A stretch of 64,000 nt of DNA, taken from the NCBI GenBank assembly GCA_964446625.1, contig CAYUPH010000003.1:192-64191 (forward strand), written 5' to 3'. A program made the translations under genes and the position numbers. Positions 56,204 to 64,000 of this stretch are shown in pieces. The notes under the pieces are model-generated. The model made no database searches, was not told where the DNA came from, and saw only the letters and a program-made list of their open reading frames with translations. Every line of letters starts with the position of its first letter. Within the stretch, counting starts at the first letter, position 1. The stretch is from an uncultured Candidatus Saccharibacteria bacterium (GTDB lineage Bacteria; Patescibacteriota; Minisyncoccia; Phycocordibacterales; CAIRYW01).

Positions 56204-56986
56204 TTATTTCTTTCCGTGTTTTTTAACGTGGTCCCTAAAAGATTCTCCGGCAAAAGTTCTATAAGCACAAAACTCACAAGATTCGCCTTCTTTTGGAATT
56301 TCTGTTCCGTCTAAGCACTTTTTGATTTCAACTAGTTTTTTTTCAATCCAGTCGCATTTACCTTTGTGAGAAATGAGTGTTACCTCAAACTCTAGTTTGC
56401 CGTCGAACGCTTCCTTGTCTGTTTGGCCATTTACATAGACAAAGTATCCTGTATCAGAAACTTTAAAACCTTTTTTGCGAAGGAGCCACTGATACACCTC
56501 CATTTGTCTCTTGTATTGTTCCTGCCACTTCGTGTCTCCAAGGGATTCCATTTTCCCATCCTTTGCAGTTGCTTTGTAGTCAACGACAATGAGCTCGTCT
56601 TTTTTGTTTACCCACACATCATCAATTGCTCCCGAGATAAGGAGACCTGTTTCTTCATCTTTATGCTGTATTCCGACAAAGTTTTCTCGCCATTCGTCTA
56701 CATCTGCATGTGAAAAAGGAACAGCATCGACACCGTACTCTTTCATGAGAGGATGAGCTGTTTGTTTCGCCCTGTGTGTATCGAATTCTTTTTTTAGGAG
56801 CGCGTCTACAGCAATGTTTAGTGTAAATGCAGGTCCCCTAGGTCTTGAAACACCAAGTTTGTTGTCGAGATAGAAACACCTAGGACACTCCATAAAGAGA
56901 TCAATTTTTGAACGCGAAAGTTTCCAGTTTGGTCCTCCATAATTCCAAGCAGAATTTCTGATCTTTGGTTTTGATTCGTATGCCAT
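56204..56986 (-). CDS. PD-(D/E)XK nuclease (RecB/Cas4-like)
   Basis: CPRCF, GAIDD, VDYK, QMEVY, C-terminal CEFC. Confidence 0.88.
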   Translation of the reverse strand: MAYESKPKIRNSAWNYGGPNWKLSRSKIDLFMECPRCFYLDNKLGVSRPRGPAFTLNIAVDALLKKEFDTHRAKQTAHPLMKEYGVDAVPFSHADVDEWRENFVGIQHKDEETGLLISGAIDDVWVNKKDELIVVDYKATAKDGKMESLGDTKWQEQYKRQMEVYQWLLRKKGFKVSDTGYFVYVNGQTDKEAFDGKLEFEVTLISHKGKCDWIEKKLVEIKKCLDGTEIPKEGESCEFCAYRTFAGESFRDHVKKHGKK

Positions 56987-57031
56987 GGTTCAATTATATG
57001 CCAAAACGCATGGACACAAAAGCACGCGTTG

Positions 57032-58111
57032 CTACTCCATTACTCCTCCTCCAATGCACTTCTCGCCTGAGTACACAACAATAGATTGTCCAGGAGCTGT
57101 AATTTGCGCTTCGTCAAAGAAAGCAAAGGTTTTACTACCTTCCTCTTCAATTTTTACCTTTAAAAGCTCGCCGTGGTAGCGGATCTGAGCTTCATACGTT
57201 CTGTCACGCTCCGGTAGGCCTGAAATCCAGTTTGTGCCCTGCAGAGCAATTTTGCTTTTTGAAAATTCTTTTTTATCCTTTTCTTCGCTTACTGTAATTG
57301 TGTTTTTGTCTGTGTTTTTTGCAACGACATACAGTCTTTTTTCGTCTGTTCCTTTTGCTGTAATAACAAAACCGTGGCGTTCCCCTAGTGTAAAGAAGAC
57401 GCTTCCTGGATGCTTTCCAATGACCTCACCTTTTTCGTTTAAAACGTCGCCTTCTTTTTCCTCAATATAATTTTTTAAGAAATCCTTGAAATCTACTTTT
57501 CCAACAAAGCAAAGCCCCTGGCTGTCAGGACGCGCAAATGTAGGTATCTTGCCTTTCTTTGCAAGACTTCGCACTCGTCTCTTCTGAAGAGAGCCTACGG
57601 GAAAAATGATTTTAGAAAGTTCTTTTTGTGTAAGTGTCCAAAGAAAATAACTTTGTTCCTTTGCACTGTCTTTTGCTTTGTGTAGTTCATAGAGGTTTGT
57701 CACTGGATTTTGTGAGACTCGCGCGTAATGTCCGGTTGCTACAAAATCTGCCCCGAGCTCCAGTGCTTTTTGAAGAAAAGCTTTGAATTTTACTTCTTTG
57801 TTGCAGAGTACGTCAGGATTAGGAGTTCTTCCTGCTTTGTATTCGTCTATCATGTAACTAATCACACCATTTTTGTATTCAGAAGAAAGATCAAGGGTCA
57901 AAAACGGAATTTTCAGGTGTGCTGCAACTCGCATTGCATCACGACGATCAGTTTTCCAAGTGCATGTTTTATCGAACTCGCTTTGCCAGATTTTTATGAA
58001 TACTCCTACCACATTGTAGCCAGCCTCCTTCAGAAGGTATGCAGAAACAGACGAATCTACTCCGCCGGAGAGACCGGCAAATACTGTTTTGTTTTGACTT
58101 TTATTCCTCAT
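57032..58111 (-). CDS. mnmA: tRNA 2-thiouridine synthase MnmA
   Basis: SGGVDSS, TPNPDVLCN, ATGHY, QSYFL, DSQGLCF, PGQ. Confidence 0.97.
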   Translation of the reverse strand: MRNKSQNKTVFAGLSGGVDSSVSAYLLKEAGYNVVGVFIKIWQSEFDKTCTWKTDRRDAMRVAAHLKIPFLTLDLSSEYKNGVISYMIDEYKAGRTPNPDVLCNKEVKFKAFLQKALELGADFVATGHYARVSQNPVTNLYELHKAKDSAKEQSYFLWTLTQKELSKIIFPVGSLQKRRVRSLAKKGKIPTFARPDSQGLCFVGKVDFKDFLKNYIEEKEGDVLNEKGEVIGKHPGSVFFTLGERHGFVITAKGTDEKRLYVVAKNTDKNTITVSEEKDKKEFSKSKIALQGTNWISGLPERDRTYEAQIRYHGELLKVKIEEEGSKTFAFFDEAQITAPGQSIVVYSGEKCIGGGVME

Positions 58112-58152
58112 AAATAGCGCCAATATAGAACAGAAACAAGCTTAAAGCAAAA

Positions 58153-59136
58153 TTATTTTAAATACTTCTGCTTGTTTTGTTTGTGTCCTTCAAATGTTTT
58201 TGCGTAGTAAGCAGTTCCTTCTTTGTCTGTGAGAAAGTACAAGTAGTCACTTTTTGTTGGATGAAGCGCTGCGTCCAGAGCCACAAGCCCAGGGTTACCG
58301 ATAGCGGTTGGAGGCAAACCCTTTCTTGTGTATGAGTTGTAAGGTGAAGAGACTTTTAGGTCGTCTAGGGTAAGAGAAAGCGAATCTTTGCTGAGTACAT
58401 ACGCAAGCGTAGAATCGGCTTGAAGTGGCATACCAATTCGAAGACGATTGCCAAAAATTCCAGAAACTATTTTCATATCCTCGGGTTTTCGCACTTCTTT
58501 TTCGAGGATAGATGCAAGGATAATAAGATCTTTGTATTCTTTGCTTCCCTTTTCATAAGGAATCAGGTCTTTTGTTTTAGCCTCAAAGGTCTCACTCATT
58601 TTTGTGGTGACCTCCTCTTCGGTTGCTGTTGGGAGAAAGAAGTAGGTGTCAGGAAAAAGATAACCTTCATTTTCTTTATTTTCAGTAATGAATTTTTCTG
58701 TGTTAAAGTGTGGAAACGTGTTTTGTGCCCTTTCTGCAATCTGACGAAGGTTCCAGCCTTCAGGAACTGTTATTTTAACTGCTTTCACGTCAAAGTCTCC
58801 TCCTAATACTCTTTTTGCAACTGTAAAAACACTTTGCTTTTCCTCGAAAAAGTAAGGTCCAGCCACAGCTTTTTTTTCTCCACCAAATGCAACTACAGCA
58901 GAAACGAAAAGTGATGAGGAGAAAATTACTTTCTCTTCTTTAAGTTTGAGTGCAAATGATCTTATTGTTTCCCCATTCTCCAGCTCCACGATTTTTCCCT
59001 CTGGAAATTTGCTTCCAGTTGTTCCGAAAATAAAAAACAAAAAAGCCAGGAGAGCACCGAGAGCGATGCTTTTTATAAAATGAGTTTTCTTTGGTTCGTT
59101 TTTATTTATCTGTGAAAGGAAAATCTCGTCGTTCAT
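58153..59136 (-). CDS. mltG: endolytic transglycosylase MltG
   Basis: PEG, EGYLFPDTY, ASILEKE, LQAD, SPYNSY..GLPP. Confidence 0.95.
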   Translation of the reverse strand: MNDEIFLSQINKNEPKKTHFIKSIALGALLAFLFFIFGTTGSKFPEGKIVELENGETIRSFALKLKEEKVIFSSSLFVSAVVAFGGEKKAVAGPYFFEEKQSVFTVAKRVLGGDFDVKAVKITVPEGWNLRQIAERAQNTFPHFNTEKFITENKENEGYLFPDTYFFLPTATEEEVTTKMSETFEAKTKDLIPYEKGSKEYKDLIILASILEKEVRKPEDMKIVSGIFGNRLRIGMPLQADSTLAYVLSKDSLSLTLDDLKVSSPYNSYTRKGLPPTAIGNPGLVALDAALHPTKSDYLYFLTDKEGTAYYAKTFEGHKQNKQKYLK

Positions 59137-59139
59137 ATT

Positions 59140-60375
59140 TTACACAGGAAGGTTAGGTGGAGCTTCAGACTTCTTGGCGTCAATTCTTCGAAGGCCAGGA
59201 GTTTTCGCAGCTTCACCAGGAAAGTGAAAGATTGTCGCAATACTCTCCGAACTCATCGTAAAGTAGTGGCTCTTGTGTGGAGCATGGAAAGCAGATCTGT
59301 GCTGGTACGCTTCAAAAATATGGTGTTTTCTGTGTGCAGCTTTTTTACCAAACATGTCTTGCCACGGATAGTCGAATACAGTTATATGCTCAGAGCTTAC
59401 TCCAAAACTGTTTAGGTTCGCTGTGTTGTACTGTCTAAAAGAACCAATAAGACCAGGGATGTTAATAGGGTTAAACTTTTCTTTTGGTGCTAGGTAAATG
59501 ACACGGATAAGAGTATCGAACGCGAGTTTTGAAATATTTTTCTCGATAGCCTCTATTGCATCTTTTTGTCCACGCGAAAGAGATACTCCTGTGATTTTAA
59601 TTTCCCCTGCTGCTTGCACGTCTGCTTGTTTTATTTTCTTTATCTCTTCGTTTGCTCCGTGTGACCAGTCAACTTTATCAAACCATGTTCCTGGTTTCTT
59701 GATTTCTTTTTTGTGACTTCGAACTATAACTTGAAGCCAAATTCTGTCGCCTTGTTTTACTGTTGAAAGATACTCGAAAAATGGTGTCATCGGATCAATC
59801 TTGTATTCTTCTTTTGGATCGTCTCCTAGTTTGTAGTCGTTGTAACTCTTAATTGGGTAGTAGTCAGGTTTGTTTAGCTTGAACTCGACACCAAAAAGAT
59901 CAATCTTTCGAAGGTCGAAATCAATATTTTTTGAGTAGTCGTCTACCTCTCTTACTTCAATGTCTGGATATTGCGCATAGAGGTATGACACAACAACTGG
60001 TTTCCAAAAATCCCATGTCCAAAGGTAGAATTTTATTTCCCCTCCGTCTGATACTAGTTCAAGAGAAAACCAAGGTCTTGTTTTTCCTTTAAACCATCTA
60101 TCTATCCAAGTCGTTTCTCCTGATGTTTGGTAAAGAGAGGTGAGAAAAAGCTCCATGGCAAGAGGTGACTTTGCCACTTCTTGAGGAATGATAAGTTCAA
60201 GTAAAATTGCCGAGTGTGCTTTCTCGTGAATAAATTTGTTTCGGTTATACGTGACAAAAGCCTCAAAAAAAGCGAACCCGAGAAAAACAGGTGCAAGAAT
60301 AATAAAGAAAAAATAGCCGTAGCCGAGTGCTGTCACAAGTAAATTTCCAAAGATTGACCAATCTAAAGATTGCAT
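59140..60375 (-). CDS. CPR-typical membrane-anchored hypothetical protein
   Basis: TM, FSLE, YAQYPD..EVDDY, PIKSY, ATIFHFP, EAPPNLP. Confidence 0.75.
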   Translation of the reverse strand: MQSLDWSIFGNLLVTALGYGYFFFIILAPVFLGFAFFEAFVTYNRNKFIHEKAHSAILLELIIPQEVAKSPLAMELFLTSLYQTSGETTWIDRWFKGKTRPWFSLELVSDGGEIKFYLWTWDFWKPVVVSYLYAQYPDIEVREVDDYSKNIDFDLRKIDLFGVEFKLNKPDYYPIKSYNDYKLGDDPKEEYKIDPMTPFFEYLSTVKQGDRIWLQVIVRSHKKEIKKPGTWFDKVDWSHGANEEIKKIKQADVQAAGEIKITGVSLSRGQKDAIEAIEKNISKLAFDTLIRVIYLAPKEKFNPINIPGLIGSFRQYNTANLNSFGVSSEHITVFDYPWQDMFGKKAAHRKHHIFEAYQHRSAFHAPHKSHYFTMSSESIATIFHFPGEAAKTPGLRRIDAKKSEAPPNLPV

Positions 60376-60402
60376 AGAATATATAATATCAAAAAAAGAG
60401 AC

Positions 60403-60436
60403 AAACAAAAAATCCGCCGAAGCGGATTTTTTGTTT
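60403..60436 (-). terminator. intrinsic terminator
   Basis: AAACAAAAAATCCGC-CGAA-GCGGATTTTTTGTTT. Confidence 0.85.
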
Positions 60437-61467
60437 TATGAGAGTGAGTATCTTCCTTGTTTGTCTTTTTTGAAGTGTTTTGCGTTCTGGAGGTTAACGA
60501 GGATTGTGTTTTCTTTGACGTACCTTTCTTTCAGAACTTTGTCGATAATCTCGTCTTTTGTCAGAGGACCATTTTTCTCAAGGATTTTTGCGATAACATC
60601 TCGCACTACTCCGTTGAGGTATCCCCATTCTGAGAGAGCGTAGAGTCCTCGTCCAACAAGAACAAATCGAGAGTCCTTGATAAGTTCGTTGTGAGTTGTT
60701 GCAACGTGTGCTTTCTTTTTGAAGAGCTTTTCGATTGATTTTGCTACCTCTTTAAAGTGAATTGGTGAACCATGCTTTCGGATTGCAAGGTATGCGTAGT
60801 CTCGAATACCTTTTACAGAAATGTTTTTTGAGTGTGATACTCCCCATTCTCCTAGCGGGTTTCGGTTAATCTTCTTAGAAATTGAAAGCCATCGCTTTAG
60901 AACTTCTTCGTTTTTGTATTCTTCACTAAGGTTTTCAAGGTGTGAAAGAAACTCGGAAATAATTTCTGATTCAGGAAGAATTTCTTCGTCTGCGAGGTTC
61001 TTGTATAGTTTATGAAGCGCTTCTTCTACTTTCTTTGCAAGAGCTTCGTCTACATGCCATCTGTGCTTGAAGTGCTCGTCTTCTTTTAGTTTTTTAAATA
61101 GGTTTCCTAGGACAAGTAGAAAGTTGATTTCGTTTTGTAGGAGTTTGTCTTTTTTTGTAATATGGTTTAGAAAATCTTCTTCAGAAACGAAACCTCCGAG
61201 AGCTACAAAAAGTTTTTTTAGTTCTTCAAAAACAGCGTTTGATTCTTTGTATGCGCTTGATTTTCGAATGTTAGAAAGAGACGCATTTTCAATCTGTCGA
61301 ACTCGCTCTCTTGTAATACCGTATTTGTCTCCAATAGCCTCAAGAGTCATTTTTTCTGGAGTTTTGAGCCCATATCGTGCAATAAGCACCTGCTGACCTC
61401 TCTCTGGAAGGACTCCGACAAGTTTCTTTACGACTGCTTTTGGTTTGAAGTTAAATTGTGATGCCAT
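60436..61467 (-). CDS. sigma70 region 4 HTH plus C-terminal winged-helix (HARE/delta-like) protein
   Basis: RYGL..MTLEAIG...TRERVRQIE; HNELIKDSRFVLVGRGLYALSEW. Confidence 0.82.
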   Translation of the reverse strand: MASQFNFKPKAVVKKLVGVLPERGQQVLIARYGLKTPEKMTLEAIGDKYGITRERVRQIENASLSNIRKSSAYKESNAVFEELKKLFVALGGFVSEEDFLNHITKKDKLLQNEINFLLVLGNLFKKLKEDEHFKHRWHVDEALAKKVEEALHKLYKNLADEEILPESEIISEFLSHLENLSEEYKNEEVLKRWLSISKKINRNPLGEWGVSHSKNISVKGIRDYAYLAIRKHGSPIHFKEVAKSIEKLFKKKAHVATTHNELIKDSRFVLVGRGLYALSEWGYLNGVVRDVIAKILEKNGPLTKDEIIDKVLKERYVKENTILVNLQNAKHFKKDKQGRYSLS

Positions 61468-61539
61468 TTGGGCGTTTGTCTCTTTTATTTACTAATTATT
61501 TTTACCATTATACCTTATAAAAGTCAAATTTTGGGGTTT

Positions 61540-64000
61540 TTAGGGCTTTACAACAATGTTCACGATTCGGTCTTTGACAACAATGACTTTTATTACCTCT
61601 TTTCCCCCTAAATAACTCTGAACTTTAGGGTCCTGAAGAACGATTTTTTTGACTTCTTCTTCGCCTCTCCCCGATTCAATCTCAACCGTACACTTCATTT
61701 TACCATTAATTTGAATAGGAATCATTAAGCTCGCGTCCATTGTGTACTCTTCTTTGTATTTTGGGTATTTACTTTCGAAAATAGAACCCTTTTCCCCCAA
61801 GCTTTGCCAGATTTCCTCTGCAATATGTGGAGCAAATGGAGAAAGAATTTTAGTAAACATAACGAGACTCTCTCTTGTAATTTGTTTTGCTTCGTAAACA
61901 GTATTTACAAAAATCATCATGGCAGAAATAGCAGTGTTAAAAGAAATACTTTCAGTATCTTCCTGAACTTTTTTGATTGTCTTATGGAGCGCGTTTCTTA
62001 CTTCTTTTGGTTCAGTTTCGGAAATGATACTAAGGAGTCCGTGTACTCTTTCAATAAATCGTCTCGCACCGACAATTCCCTGATCGTTCCACGCAACTTG
62101 AGCTCCATGTGGACCTAGAAACATCATGTACACACGAACAGTATCCGCTCCAAAGCGTGCAACAAGTTCATCGGGGTTTACTACGTTTCCCCTACTCTTG
62201 CTCATTTTCTCTCCATCGGGGCCAAGTATGATTCCATGAGGAACTCGTTTTTTGTAAGGCTCTTTTACAGCGACAAGTTTTCGGTCGTACAAAAAGAGAT
62301 TCCAAAAACGAGAGTACAGAAGATGAAGCGTAGTATGTTCCATTCCACCAAAATACATATCAACAGGACTCCAATATTTTTGATTTTTGAGTGAAGAAAA
62401 TTTCTTCTTGTTTTTTGCGTCCATGTACCTGAGCCAATACCAAGAGCTTCCTGCCCACTGTGGCATTGTATTTGTTTCCCTTCGCGCTTTTCCAGGTAGA
62501 AAAAGTTTATGGATGTCTTTTGCAGTGTTTAGAATCTGATTTTCTGGAAGTGCTTCGAGTAGTTTTTCTTTTCCAAGGTATCCCCATGAGCAACCGATAA
62601 TCTTTGTCCTATCCATAAAGTTTTCAAGTTCAAAGACATCACAGTTTGCATCTGTAAAGTAGTACATTTCTGAGACAGGAACCTTCCATATCTTTTCTAG
62701 TTTCTCTAGTTTTTCTTCTTTTGAAAATGAATCCTCAAAAGTTAAAACTTTATCGATTTTTAGTTTAGACTTCTTTAGCATTGGACCAGAATACCTGATT
62801 GATCCAGAAGAGATTACAGCAATGCGTGCATTTTTTATTTTTTTTACTTCTTCAACAAACTTTTCAAATAGCTTGTGTCCACTTTTTGCAACACTCTCGC
62901 CGTAAACAAGAGACTCTTTATGCAATTTGAGTAACTCTTCTTTTGTTAAATCTCCCCCACGAACATGTCTTGGTTTTCGGGTAAAGTAATTCAAGACACC
63001 CTGCTTTGAATCTTCTAAGTCTTTTGACCAACCACATTCGACGCGCGCCTTAAGTCCAGCGGTATATGTATCCCCAATAACCCCATCGTAGTCAAAAACA
63101 AGATACTTTGTTTTCTTTTCGTTTTCTTTGCATTTCGGACACTCAGTTTTTACCCAGCTTTCAATTGCTGCAAGTGGGGACTCGCCAGTTCCTGTGGGTT
63201 CGTATTTTTTTACTTCGGGAAGTTTTACCGGAAGATCCTTTTCGGGTACGGGAACAACTCCGCACTTTTCACAGTGAATAAGTGGAATGGGCTCTCCCCA
63301 GTATCGCTGTCTCGAAAACACCCAGTCGCGGAGTTTGTATTTAGTAACAATTTTACCCCCCACGAATTCTGTAATTTCTTTTTTTGCAACATCAGATTGA
63401 TGACCAGAAAAAGCTCTCGAGTTTTTAAGTTCGCCATACCCTGTAAATGGTTTTTCCTCGCCTAAGTATCTATCAATAAGTGTTTGAACTTCTGCACCTT
63501 TGTAGAAATTTCTCATTTCATCTTTTGGAATCCAAACAATATCATGCTTGTCTGATTCTTCTTGGGAAAGTTCATTTCTAGTTTCATCAATAAGTCGAAA
63601 TACAAGACCTGTAACATCTGCGACTCTATTTACGTCTTTGTGAGTTGCAAAATATTCTGCACACACTTCATCACCTAAAGTTTGTATAAACTCTAGATTT
63701 GTATAACCAGTCTCTTCCGCAACCTCACGTCTTGCACCCTCTACAACATCCTCTCCATCTTCAACACCACCAATGACGAGTGTTTGCCAATTATATTTTT
63801 TCCATTTAATACCAATAATTTTATCTCCTTGGGGATTTTCAATGAGAGCATGAATAGTTTTTCGTCGTATTGTTTGCTTTCCTATTTGTGGTGGATTAGT
63901 CCAATCTGTAAAATGAGGGACGATAACCTCTCGTATCGGCAAGTTATATTTCTTTGCAAATTCAAAATCTCTTTCATCGTGGGCAGGAACAGCCATCACA
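61540..64000 (-). CDS. leuS: leucine--tRNA ligase (5'-truncated) with inserted NUDIX and HAD-like domains
   Basis: AVPAHDERD, RDWVFSRQRYWG, WAGSSWY, GGMEH..HLLYSRF, KMSKS. Nudix box and DYDG motif lie inside the gene. Confidence 0.95.
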   Translation of the reverse strand, partial: VMAVPAHDERDFEFAKKYNLPIREVIVPHFTDWTNPPQIGKQTIRRKTIHALIENPQGDKIIGIKWKKYNWQTLVIGGVEDGEDVVEGARREVAEETGYTNLEFIQTLGDEVCAEYFATHKDVNRVADVTGLVFRLIDETRNELSQEESDKHDIVWIPKDEMRNFYKGAEVQTLIDRYLGEEKPFTGYGELKNSRAFSGHQSDVAKKEITEFVGGKIVTKYKLRDWVFSRQRYWGEPIPLIHCEKCGVVPVPEKDLPVKLPEVKKYEPTGTGESPLAAIESWVKTECPKCKENEKKTKYLVFDYDGVIGDTYTAGLKARVECGWSKDLEDSKQGVLNYFTRKPRHVRGGDLTKEELLKLHKESLVYGESVAKSGHKLFEKFVEEVKKIKNARIAVISSGSIRYSGPMLKKSKLKIDKVLTFEDSFSKEEKLEKLEKIWKVPVSEMYYFTDANCDVFELENFMDRTKIIGCSWGYLGKEKLLEALPENQILNTAKDIHKLFLPGKARRETNTMPQWAGSSWYWLRYMDAKNKKKFSSLKNQKYWSPVDMYFGGMEHTTLHLLYSRFWNLFLYDRKLVAVKEPYKKRVPHGIILGPDGEKMSKSRGNVVNPDELVARFGADTVRVYMMFLGPHGAQVAWNDQGIVGARRFIERVHGLLSIISETEPKEVRNALHKTIKKVQEDTESISFNTAISAMMIFVNTVYEAKQITRESLVMFTKILSPFAPHIAEEIWQSLGEKGSIFESKYPKYKEEYTMDASLMIPIQINGKMKCTVEIESGRGEEEVKKIVLQDPKVQSYLGGKEVIKVIVVKDRIVNIVVKP

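Noticed and set aside
56204-56986. Cas4 indicating a CRISPR-Cas locus
   Set aside because: Stand-alone PD-(D/E)XK nuclease among housekeeping genes, with no other cas genes or array.
1-64000. Alternative genetic code 25 (UGA = Gly)
   Set aside because: Core genes are full length under code 11, so no UGA read-through is needed.

Overview
Chromosomal segment of a small-genome bacterium, most consistent with Patescibacteria/CPR (Parcubacteria-like, code 11). Evidence is the compact housekeeping genes, short AlaRS and L13, a LeuRS with enzyme insertions, several CPR-typical hypothetical families and almost no Shine-Dalgarno sites. The core content is dnaB-recR, cysS, gltX, aspS, trpS, alaS, leuS (partial), scpAB-mraY-ftsW-murG, grpE-dnaK-dnaJ, the infA-rpmJ-rpsM-rpsK-rpsD-rpoA-rplQ-rplM-rpsI block, mnmA and mltG. 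An accessory zone at about 25.9-42.9 kb holds the most unusual material. It contains a tandem array of four ORF-poor promoter-structured RNA-hairpin units beside an Asp T-box riboswitch with an ultra-short stem I, a type III R-M locus with an embedded HEPN gene, two PEP-CTERM-type genes sharing promoter, leader and terminator motifs, and an AT-rich ddl-EamA-unknown enzyme-7TM kinase cluster. Also noted are a tRNA-Glu-like RNA at the left edge, a lytic transglycosylase apparently lacking a canonical start behind a structured leader, a RAP-ending ORF in front of dnaK, and a pervasive -10 box/6 nt/ATG leaderless pattern. All calls come from reading the sequence and motifs by eye; no searches or folding programs were run.
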